DNA from: a virus
IMG/VR virus record: IMGVR_UViG_3300019487_000319
Length of the DNA stretch: 64,000 bases
Reading direction: 5' to 3' (one strand)
The notes below the pieces were generated by a model that worked only from the letters and a program-made list of their open reading frames with translations, was not told the origin of the DNA and ran no database searches. Positions 52,888 to 62,000 of this stretch are shown here, piece by piece. Made by a program: the position numbers and the translations under genes. Every line of letters starts with the position of its first letter. Position 1 is the stretch's first letter.

Positions 52888-53350
52888 TATTTAAATCAAT
52901 GATTCTTTTTATTTCATTACCAGAATGTTGAATCAATGCTTTTAATCCAAAATGTAATGGATGTGGCCATTGTCCATATTCTACCCATTTATATTTGTCC
53001 GTTTCCCAATTTAAACGGGGGTCAAATTCGTCATCAACAATGGCCAAAAAATTATGATATTTAAATCCAGATTGTTTATCTTCATAAACATAAAGAGGAA
53101 TAAGTTTTTCAATGATTCCTCTATATCCTACTTCTTCAGTGGCTTCTCTTTTTACAGCCTTAGCAGGATTTTCACCTGAATCTATAGCGCCGCCCCACAC
53201 TCCCCAAGTCCCTGGTTGTAACACCATCATAGAACGGAGTGGTAACAATAACCTACCAGTGGTTTTCGCCATAAAAATACATCCAGCACCCTGTTTTCCC
53301 CAGAATCCGGTTCTTGATAAGGCACCACCATGTAGTTCGTCGTTACTCAT
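52856..53350 (-). CDS. Nudix hydrolase
   Basis: The Nudix box is GGAIDSGENPAKAVKREATEEVGY (Gx5Ex7REUxEExGU). Confidence 0.8.
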   Translation of the reverse strand: MSNDELHGGALSRTGFWGKQGAGCIFMAKTTGRLLLPLRSMMVLQPGTWGVWGGAIDSGENPAKAVKREATEEVGYRGIIEKLIPLYVYEDKQSGFKYHNFLAIVDDEFDPRLNWETDKYKWVEYGQWPHPLHFGLKALIQHSGNEIKRIIDLNNEGKNYNDFS

Positions 53351-53352
53351 AA

Positions 53353-54732
53353 TTAAACATCTTCTATTTTTGTAACCCTATTCCAAGGTATTATATCACA
53401 GGAATAAATTTCATATCCTACACCAGAAGAATATAATTCCAATCCTTCGGTATTTATAGTTAAAATAACAAGAGGTTCATCCTCGTCAAATTTATCAGAA
53501 AGCCAGTTCATCAAGGCATCTTCAAGTGAAGCTCTATCATCAAAGAGATACACAGCTTTTGAACAAAATTTGGCAGGTCTATCGGGTTTAGGCAATATAC
53601 CATTAATTTTCATATTTGGTATATTCTTTTTTGGGGTTACATGATATACCACTTTAGGTTGAACAGTGATATTTTCTGCCACTAAATCTTTCCAACTACC
53701 AACCACATCTTGATCCCAATATAACACTTCAATTATATTTTTGTGTTTAAAAAATGGATGATTATAAATAAACTCTTCTGTCTTGGGATTATGATGTAGG
53801 GTGGATTCTTTTGTATCGTCTGTAACAAGAAGAGAAACATTATCACCCTCCACATACACCAACAAACAAACATAATTGTTATCTACCTTGTTTTTTAAGA
53901 ATTTCCTGACTTGATAATGATATGCTTTATCTCTATCCCAACCATAAGCATTGTTACCACTTAAAATTAATCCATATTGGTCATATTTAGTTATTTCTTT
54001 TATTTCTCTTGGTGTAGGATTTATAAAAACTTCTACATAATCCGACTTACCTGCTAAATTACTTTCAAATGAATCAAGAAATTTTTCTGATATGGTTCCA
54101 GTATTTACTATTCCCTTAGCCTGATAATCTCTTATGTCATCTAACGTAGATTCACCACCCTCAACGAACCAATGAGCCATAGAACCTAATCCATGAATAA
54201 AATTTAAAAGTTGGTCTATTTTTAAGAGTTGGCCTTCCGGAGTGTGTTCCAATTCCACAGATTTAGCCATTTTATATAATGTTCTACTTCTATCGCTGTA
54301 TCTTCCGTTCCCACCGGAACCAATTTCACCAAAATTTCTAACTAACTTAGAACCAGATTTATCTGAAATAAAAGTGAACCATCTTTCCCATTCTTCCTCG
54401 GTAATATCTTTATAATTCTCCTTTTCAAAGAAGCTATCTGCTAATACACCATCTTTTATATCACTGTTTATAAATAACTTAGATATCAAAACTCTTAAAA
54501 TATCCCATATCTTTTTTAAGGAAGATTCATCTACACGTCCATATTTTGCAAACTTCGCCCATATTAATTTTAAGTCTCTAGCAGGTACAAGTTTCCAAGA
54601 CTGATGTTTTTGACCAGAATGAAATTCAGACTTAACATCTTCTAAGATATCAATCCAATCATCATCGATAGTAGCATGTATTGATTCAACAATACATTTA
54701 TCTATTATCTTTTGAAGTTTTGATACTTTCAT
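53353..54732 (-). CDS. hypothetical protein; the C-terminal ~110 aa carry an H-Y-E-like (ADP-ribosyltransferase-type) motif order
   Basis: 459 aa with N-terminal leader MKVSKLQKIIDKCIVESI. The C-terminus reads VVYHVTPKKNIPNMKINGILP ... AVYLFDD ... GYEIYSCDIIPWNRV. Confidence 0.55.
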   Translation of the reverse strand: MKVSKLQKIIDKCIVESIHATIDDDWIDILEDVKSEFHSGQKHQSWKLVPARDLKLIWAKFAKYGRVDESSLKKIWDILRVLISKLFINSDIKDGVLADSFFEKENYKDITEEEWERWFTFISDKSGSKLVRNFGEIGSGGNGRYSDRSRTLYKMAKSVELEHTPEGQLLKIDQLLNFIHGLGSMAHWFVEGGESTLDDIRDYQAKGIVNTGTISEKFLDSFESNLAGKSDYVEVFINPTPREIKEITKYDQYGLILSGNNAYGWDRDKAYHYQVRKFLKNKVDNNYVCLLVYVEGDNVSLLVTDDTKESTLHHNPKTEEFIYNHPFFKHKNIIEVLYWDQDVVGSWKDLVAENITVQPKVVYHVTPKKNIPNMKINGILPKPDRPAKFCSKAVYLFDDRASLEDALMNWLSDKFDEDEPLVILTINTEGLELYSSGVGYEIYSCDIIPWNRVTKIEDV

Positions 54733-54898
54733 ACCTAAATAAATATCAATTTCTAAAACGTTTATTTACGAGAATTTGCCAGAAAGCCGCGGTCCTTTAG
54801 GGAGTGGAGTAAATCAGAATGCCAATAATCTCCGTGACATTCTATGATTTTATTTAATGAAGGTAAAATCCTCTTTTCTTTTGTGTCTAATTTAACTG

Positions 54899-57800
54899 TT
54901 ATGCATTCGGGAAAGACGCACCGCTTGGAAGTACATTAAAATCAAGAACAATGAATTCTGCGGTTCTCGTTGGCTTAATGAAAATCTGACCATAGAGAAT
55001 GTTTCTATCAACAATGTCGGCTGTGTTGTTTTCTTCATCCATTTTAACGAAGAAAGCAAACAAACCAGAACGTTGTTGAACCGATTCCATGTAAGGGTTA
55101 ACAATGCTCAAGAATTTGTTTCTAGTAGCAGCTGTATTTTGTTCAAATACCAAGAATTTCGATGTAGAAGCGATAAACTTCTTCAAGTTAATCAACAATC
55201 TACGAACGTTAATTCTATCCAAAGCAGATGCATCGTTTTGTAGAGTCTTTTGACCCCAAACAACAACACCTTGACCTGGGAAGGCAGCAATTGGATTAAC
55301 CTTACCATCATACAGAGTGTCACGTTCTTCGTGAGTAGTTCTATCAGTTACCTGAATTGCCGTTGGGATACCACCACGGTTCAAACCAGCAGGAGCGAAC
55401 CATTCAGCAGCAACCTTGTCGTTAGCAGCATAAACTGCTGGAAGAACAACAGATGGAGGAACCGTTACAACTTTGTTAGTGTTTGTATCAAGGATTTTAA
55501 CCCAAGGATAATAAGCACCGGCGTAGTTGGTATCGTAAGCGGCAGCGTCAGACACAACTTCATCAATCTGACCGGCTGTTGGATTTCCATCATCAACATA
55601 CAAATCCATGATGAAGAAACAATCTCCACGAGCTTCACACATATCAACAACACGTCCGGTGACGTATGGGTGATGTTGGTGAACAATACCTGGAACCACA
55701 ATTAAGTTAATATCGAATTCATCGGAATTTCCTAAAGCGGTGATTGCTTGGTTATAAGCAACCGAACCAGCAGATGAAACCGTAGTACAATCTAATCCTT
55801 GGGTGTTACCAGGTATAATATCTCCACCCACATTAATTGCTGTGGCTGGTGATTGACCATCGAAACCACCTTGGAAACCAACAATGAATTTACGCATCTT
55901 GACGTAAGTGGATTCGTTAGCAGCATCGAATTCGGATGGTACAACGTTACTTCCACTTAGGAAAGAACCAATACCAACACCACCGATTCTGTAATCGTCA
56001 TCCAAAGCGAACGGAATGTTTCTTCCGATAGAACCGTAAGAACCAAACTCAGGCAATGGAGCAAAATATTCCTTATTATCGTCAGATGAACCAATTCCGG
56101 TTGAAGAAGTTGGATACAATCCAGCGAGTTCTACGTCCGCTCCGGTAGGAGCATCATCAAACGTCACGCCGGACGGATATTTGCCAGGATTTAGACCATA
56201 GACTGAAGCTTTGGTGTACTTCATAGCAGGAATCCAATGTCCAGCGCTAGAATTCATAGGAACTGTTAGAGCTTCGAATCCGTAAGGAATTGCTGTTTCA
56301 GGAAGAACCGAATCAGACATTTCGATACGAATATGTTTGCTGTTGTTGGAATACGTTCCAAATTCAATAATCTTACCCTTGAAATCAATGTAATCATATC
56401 TATCACCAATTCTACGAGCAATAAAGTTTGAAGAATTTGGGTCAAGATTTAAGTTATTGAATTGTTCAAGAACAACCGGACGTTTATCGGTATCACTCCA
56501 CCTTCTCAAAGTAAGAGTGAATGAACCCCAATCACTTCCAGGAACAGTTCCAGCCAATTTTACGTTACTAATTTCAATCTTGAACTGTTTGTTCATGATT
56601 GTTCCATCAGCTAACGTATGAACACGGAACAAACGGAATCTCGTTGGGTCTTGACCGGACTGCCAAGGAGCAATCTTTTGTGATAAGAACCAAGGAGTGA
56701 TAGCGTTAGTAATAGAAAATTCACTGTCTCCATTTGTCAAATCATCACTGAATTCATCGGTGAAGTTGAGTGGATCACCGGTGAATTGAGAAGCGTCTGG
56801 AAGAGCACTTCCAGAAACAAACCACTCGGTTCTATTACCATAAATTTCTGCAATAGCATTATTGAACACTTTATACAAGTAAGCAGCCTCAATTTTTTGA
56901 CCAGTCACTTGTAAGTCAGGGTCACCGACAGCAGCATTTAATCCGAATACATTCGTGATATATTTATTACTGGATGGGTTCAATGAGAATTGATATGTTC
57001 CAATAGTAGTCGAACTGTTACTGTTTTTCAACGTTAAGTTGAAATCGGAAGTGATATCCGAAGCATTAGTGTTTGCACTAGCGGTGATTAGTGAAGAATT
57101 CAAGAATCCCGGAGCAATTAAATCATTTATTCCACCAAACAAGGTATCATTCAATACTGCTAAGACTCTCAAATCCACAGTTGAACCGGATGACCACAAG
57201 TTTGTGCAAGGATCGAATGTTGGTTGACCATTTGGTGTGAAGTTACCATTGTATCTACCAAACGAACCGGATAGAACACCAGCCAATTGAATTGTTGGAG
57301 TTCCACAAGAACCAGTCGAAGTATAGAACGAACCACTGATTAGGTGAATAGATAAGAACGGAGCCGCACCACCGTTGTTGAAATTCAACGTCACATCATT
57401 AGCGAAAGAACCTGAAAATGTTCCGGCTGCAATTGAAGCAGAAATACTTGAACCAGTGTACCATGAGGCCGAAGGAGACGTTAATGTAGTAAAGCCCAAA
57501 CTAATGGTTTGTCCAGAATACAATACAGAACCACTTTGAGACGTTTTTGATAATAATGCGTTGTCCGCTGCTTGAGATTGGAACGTTACTGTTACCGATG
57601 CTGAATTCATCGTTAATATATTTGATGAGATGGAAACGCTTTGACTAAATTGTGCTCCGATAGAACCAGATAGAGTAATAAATGAACTACCTGATATTAA
57701 AGCACCAGCAGAACCGTGACGATTCCAAGTTCCTTTTACTGCCCAAAGAACAAATGGGTAATTTTGTTTATATCCAGTCAAACCACCTACACGACACACC

Positions 57801-58069
57801 GTTACAAGACCACGTTCTTTAAGGTATTCAGCGGCAGTATAAGGACCGTAATATACACCATCCGGAACACCGAATTGAGCTTGAAGTTCATTAATATCGG
57901 TAATTAGCTTAGGTGAAAATGCCGGACCTTTTGCGAATGGTGCCACAACAACGGCACCAATGTCAGCAACACCTTGTGCAATACCTGATTGGTCATTCTC
58001 ACGGGTAAATACACCAGGACTCACTATTCTGTCAACTGGACTAAATCTTCCACCTTCTTGGATCGGCAT
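54899..58069 (-). CDS. contractile tail sheath protein (unusually large)
   Basis: The N-terminus is SPGVFTRENDQS...VVVAPFAKGP. The C-terminus is YYPWVKI...VPPS...AAFPGQGVVVWGQKTL...ALDRINVRRLLINLKKFI...VFEQN. A strong SD (AGAGGAAAC) precedes it. A ~400-aa Ser/Gly/Thr-rich insertion is present. Confidence 0.85.
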   Translation of the reverse strand: MPIQEGGRFSPVDRIVSPGVFTRENDQSGIAQGVADIGAVVVAPFAKGPAFSPKLITDINELQAQFGVPDGVYYGPYTAAEYLKERGLVTVCRVGGLTGYKQNYPFVLWAVKGTWNRHGSAGALISGSSFITLSGSIGAQFSQSVSISSNILTMNSASVTVTFQSQAADNALLSKTSQSGSVLYSGQTISLGFTTLTSPSASWYTGSSISASIAAGTFSGSFANDVTLNFNNGGAAPFLSIHLISGSFYTSTGSCGTPTIQLAGVLSGSFGRYNGNFTPNGQPTFDPCTNLWSSGSTVDLRVLAVLNDTLFGGINDLIAPGFLNSSLITASANTNASDITSDFNLTLKNSNSSTTIGTYQFSLNPSSNKYITNVFGLNAAVGDPDLQVTGQKIEAAYLYKVFNNAIAEIYGNRTEWFVSGSALPDASQFTGDPLNFTDEFSDDLTNGDSEFSITNAITPWFLSQKIAPWQSGQDPTRFRLFRVHTLADGTIMNKQFKIEISNVKLAGTVPGSDWGSFTLTLRRWSDTDKRPVVLEQFNNLNLDPNSSNFIARRIGDRYDYIDFKGKIIEFGTYSNNSKHIRIEMSDSVLPETAIPYGFEALTVPMNSSAGHWIPAMKYTKASVYGLNPGKYPSGVTFDDAPTGADVELAGLYPTSSTGIGSSDDNKEYFAPLPEFGSYGSIGRNIPFALDDDYRIGGVGIGSFLSGSNVVPSEFDAANESTYVKMRKFIVGFQGGFDGQSPATAINVGGDIIPGNTQGLDCTTVSSAGSVAYNQAITALGNSDEFDINLIVVPGIVHQHHPYVTGRVVDMCEARGDCFFIMDLYVDDGNPTAGQIDEVVSDAAAYDTNYAGAYYPWVKILDTNTNKVVTVPPSVVLPAVYAANDKVAAEWFAPAGLNRGGIPTAIQVTDRTTHEERDTLYDGKVNPIAAFPGQGVVVWGQKTLQNDASALDRINVRRLLINLKKFIASTSKFLVFEQNTAATRNKFLSIVNPYMESVQQRSGLFAFFVKMDEENNTADIVDRNILYGQIFIKPTRTAEFIVLDFNVLPSGASFPNA

Positions 58070-58113
58070 ATAAGTTTCCTCTCTTTAGTTCTTTAAACGT
58101 CACGTTTATTTAA

Positions 58114-58127
58114 CTAAATATAAATAT
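58114..58127 (-). promoter_or_regulatory. conserved box ATATTTATATTTAG, 44 nt upstream of the sheath gene ATG
   Basis: The plus strand reads ctaaatataaatat, a one-base insertion relative to the 13-mer at 46695 and 52208. Confidence 0.4.
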
Positions 58128-58162
58128 GTCATATTTTTTCAAAAGATAATTCAATTTATTTT

Positions 58163-58747
58163 TTAATTTATATATTTTCTCCACCCTTTATATTGACGAT
58201 ATCTACCCTTATTCACTCCATACATTCCACCCTCATTTAACTTATTTTCCCTACAAAATGATTTTAAATTACGAATTGAAACGACTTCACCAGAAGTAGA
58301 TATAAATCTATGGATTTTTGATTTGGAGTCGGACATTTTCTTCTTGGTTTCCGACGAAAGTTTTTTACCATAACTGGGATTTTTATTTCCCGTTCTTAAC
58401 CTCGATAACAATTTTTTGGTTTTTTTCGACAACCTACGACCCCTAGGGGAAGGTGGTTTGGATGATAAAAAATTAAAATTATAGTATTTCTGTGGTTCCA
58501 CCGAAGCATTAGTTAGATAGAACTGTTCGATTAAAAGCAGAAATGGTTCAAAACACGTTTCTATTACCTTAAATTCAAAATTCTCTTCACCGTGTTTATT
58601 CCATGCGTTTTGAAGATAGGGGTTTTCGTGTATCCCCTTTTTTAACTTCCACCTATGTTTGTAAAACCTTACATCCGTGTTATTCGAAGACCCAACATAT
58701 ATCTTACCGTCAATTCGGTTTACTATATAATAAATCCCACACATCAT
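58163..58747 (-). CDS. GIY-YIG homing endonuclease with a NUMOD3-like DNA-binding motif
   Basis: CGIYYIVNRIDGKIYVGSS...RFYKHRWKLKKGIHENPYLQNAW..GEENFEFKVIE is a GIY-YIG core. It also has GNKNPSYGKKLSSETKKKMS. Confidence 0.8.
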   Translation of the reverse strand: MMCGIYYIVNRIDGKIYVGSSNNTDVRFYKHRWKLKKGIHENPYLQNAWNKHGEENFEFKVIETCFEPFLLLIEQFYLTNASVEPQKYYNFNFLSSKPPSPRGRRLSKKTKKLLSRLRTGNKNPSYGKKLSSETKKKMSDSKSKIHRFISTSGEVVSIRNLKSFCRENKLNEGGMYGVNKGRYRQYKGWRKYIN

Positions 58748-59022
58748 CTCTTATCTGGAACGAAAACCCCTTCATTTAGGTCGAGAGAACCCTCACCATA
58801 TTTTTTAATTAATTTATCAATTAACTCGTTTTCAGATTTTTTAAGACCCTCCCAATCATCTCTTAATGTCTGTTCCTTGTTTGTAACATTTTTTATAAAT
58901 TCATCCACTTGCATCTTTTCAAGATATAAAAGACCCATTTCAAAGGTTTTACTCTGAAACTTGTCTCTCAAAAGCTTGACTTCAACAAGCTCACTATCGG
59001 TCATTTTCATTGGCTCTGGCAT
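58744..59022 (-). CDS. small coiled-coil protein downstream of the tail-fibre gene
   Basis: 92-aa ORF that overlaps the GIY-YIG ORF by 4 nt. Confidence 0.5.
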   Translation of the reverse strand: MPEPMKMTDSELVEVKLLRDKFQSKTFEMGLLYLEKMQVDEFIKNVTNKEQTLRDDWEGLKKSENELIDKLIKKYGEGSLDLNEGVFVPDKR

Positions 59023-59060
59023 AACTTTTACTTTCTACGTTTTTACATATATCTTTCAAA

Positions 59061-62000
59061 TTATCTCAATCGAATATATTTAATCGAAGTTAAACTACTT
59101 GATACGACACCACGAGCAGCTGTTACATTTCTCGCAAAAATAGAAGCACTCACGGAACCCGTAACTGTCGTAACATTAGATAAATAGAAATAAACCTTAG
59201 CATTGGTAGCAGGTACATTAGCCATAGGTTCGACGGTTATATCTATATTATTTGTTGTATTTCTTAATTTGGCCCTTACTTCATCTCCTGACGTAGTACC
59301 AACAATTTGAACCATAGCTGTTACCTCGTATGTTCCGGCACCAGGTAATAGAACATCTGTATCACCTTGACCAAAATCCACACGAGCAGAAGTTTGCGTC
59401 AAAGAATAATTCGTTCCAGACCCAGTTACACTACTACATGTAATCAAAGAACAATAAGATGCCGAACCAACAATAGGCCCTTCAAAATAATTTGTATTAT
59501 CTGTTCCTAATTGATATACACCAAACTGCCCCGCGGCGTTAGAAGCAGAAGTTCTATTGATATAAACACCGTATGAAGCAGAATGTGCAACATTTGTTTC
59601 TACAAAAAATCCTGAAGCACTTACGATTGTACCCCTAGAACCAACATTTCTAATTATTGAATTAAACCCTTTTGCATTTATTATTGTACTACTAAATGGA
59701 TTGTTAGTAATAAATCCCTGCATGTTTGTTTGATAACCTACTGAACTTGTTACTGAACAAGACTGATTCAACGTCATTACGGAATTTGCTCCATACACTA
59801 TTGGGAATACTCTTGTTGTTCCTGTTAATGTAGTAAATAAACTTAATGCAGTAATATCACTAGTGATATCTACTGTGTTTTGCAATCCTACCGTGCAACC
59901 TATTTGTGCTCCTATTGCATCTGTATAACTTCCCGTTGTTCCGTTTGTTGATGTATCAGTTTCTACAAGAATGGTTCTAGGAAACGAGGATTGGGAATTC
60001 CTCATAGTAACCTGAAAGAATGTGCTTGGATTTAAAGTACCTAGAGAAATTCTTCCCGTTGATGAAATAGACATCCATCTGTTTTGATTAGCCACAAATG
60101 TTAACAAATTATTGTCTAAAGTTCCCATTGTAGCAGCCGCACCAAAAGAATTCCCGCCTTGTAAAAACGCATTGGAATCTGGTGTCAACTTACTAGCACT
60201 AATAGAATAAGATGATGTAACAGAATTATTTGACCAACTAGATGTTCCGAATAATGTTCCGGTGATTGGACCACGGAAAAAATTATGATCTGAGGTACCC
60301 TCTTGCCATATTCCATACGTGGAAGAAGCGGTTGCTGGATTTAAAAATATCCCGTATGCAGTATCATTTGCTTCATTAAATTGAACAAATAAACCTACAC
60401 TATTACTTACGTAGTTAGCAAATTTTCTACCATCAACATAATAATGATAAAGATTTCCCAGGCTTCCGCTGCCTATAAAATTAGTTTGAGCTGAAAATCC
60501 ATGAGCCGTAGTTGCACTACCAGTGTTTTGAATTTGTGTTATACCCTGTACACCTATCATTAAACTGGCACTCTGATTCCCCTGTATATTAGACCTAGCA
60601 TCTATAGCCGTAGCATACTGTGACGGAGCTGCATTATTTGAAATAGTAGAAACAATAGCGGCACCAACAAATCGTGTACCGTGAGAGTTGGGAGCAACGG
60701 TTATACTCATTCCTTGAGAAAATCCTGAACTTCCCGTTCTAGCATTAGATATACTAACGGCATCAATAGATGCGGTATCTACTTTAGAAACATAAAGGTT
60801 GGCAACAGGATTTGCACCTATACCTACCCATCCAGAACCAGTAGGTTGTATCGTAACCGCTGTGGTATTATTTACCTCTAATTGAAGTGCATTATTATCA
60901 TTCGTTCCTAAAATACCGGCGGCACCAAAAGAATTACCATCCTGAATAAAGGCATTGGAATCTGATGTTAATTTACTAGAGGATACTGCGTATGATGCAC
61001 TAACTGCATTACTAGATGTTCCAAATAAGGATGCTGTAGCATTACCGTTTAAAAAGCTAGAACTTATTGAATTATTTGACCACGAAGATGTAATTTGATA
61101 TGTCGAACCTGTAAACAGTGTAGTTCCCCCCTCACTACTAGGAGAAGATAAGGCAAACGATGCAGTTAAAGCATAAGAAGAACTCACTGCATTACTAGCA
61201 GTACCAAACAATGAAGCAGTGGCATTACCATTCAAGAAGCTGGAGCTTATTGAATTATTAGCCCATGAGGATGTAATTTGATAAGTCGAACCAGTAAATA
61301 ACGTGGTTCCGCCGCCGGCACTCGGTGATGTCAAAGCAAATGAAGCTGTAAGAGAATATGATGAACTAACTGCATTACTTGACGTACCAAATATTGACGC
61401 AGTGGCATTACCATTCAAGAAGCTGGAGCTTATTGAATTTCTCGAATTATTTGCCCAAGAAGCCGTTCCCTCCAAACTTCCACTTTGTCTTACAAATACA
61501 CCCGTTCCTACTCCTGTATATTCTGCTGATGTTAAATGATAATACTCATTAACCTGTCCACCCTGTAGATTAGATAATGCATTGTGATCCGATGCTGGGG
61601 ACGGAGTAAATAAAGTAACAAATGTAGAATCTATTTCTGTTGCTGATGATGCTCCATTTGCTACTATTATTCTTCCTATTAATATAGACAGTCCGGTTTG
61701 TGGAGATAATACATTAGGTAGATTAGCTGGCGGCTGCGACGCCACAGCCTGAAACAAAAGGTAATTACCTGTACCTAATACAACGTAGGTATCCCCACTA
61801 GAAACAGACCTATAAACGAAATTCACCGCATACCTAGTGCCGAAACCGGACAAACTAACTAAATTTGTTCCATCATCATATTGAGTATTGTTGTATTGTG
61901 TAGTTAAAGAACTTGTCCACTCTCCCCCAACATGAAAAAAGAATCGATATGGTGTAGTAAATGTATTTGTAGAAGCGATATCAATCGATGTCGCTCCATA

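Noticed and set aside
54892-55705. ORFs 54892-55104 (-), 55250-55705 (+) and 55465-55701 (-).
   Set aside because: All lie within or antisense to the tail sheath gene, whose frame carries the conserved sheath motifs.
60950-61465. Regularly spaced ~183-nt repeats, considered as a CRISPR-like or non-coding tandem array.
   Set aside because: The repeats are in frame within a 1232-aa ORF with no spacer/repeat alternation. They encode a repeated fibre module.
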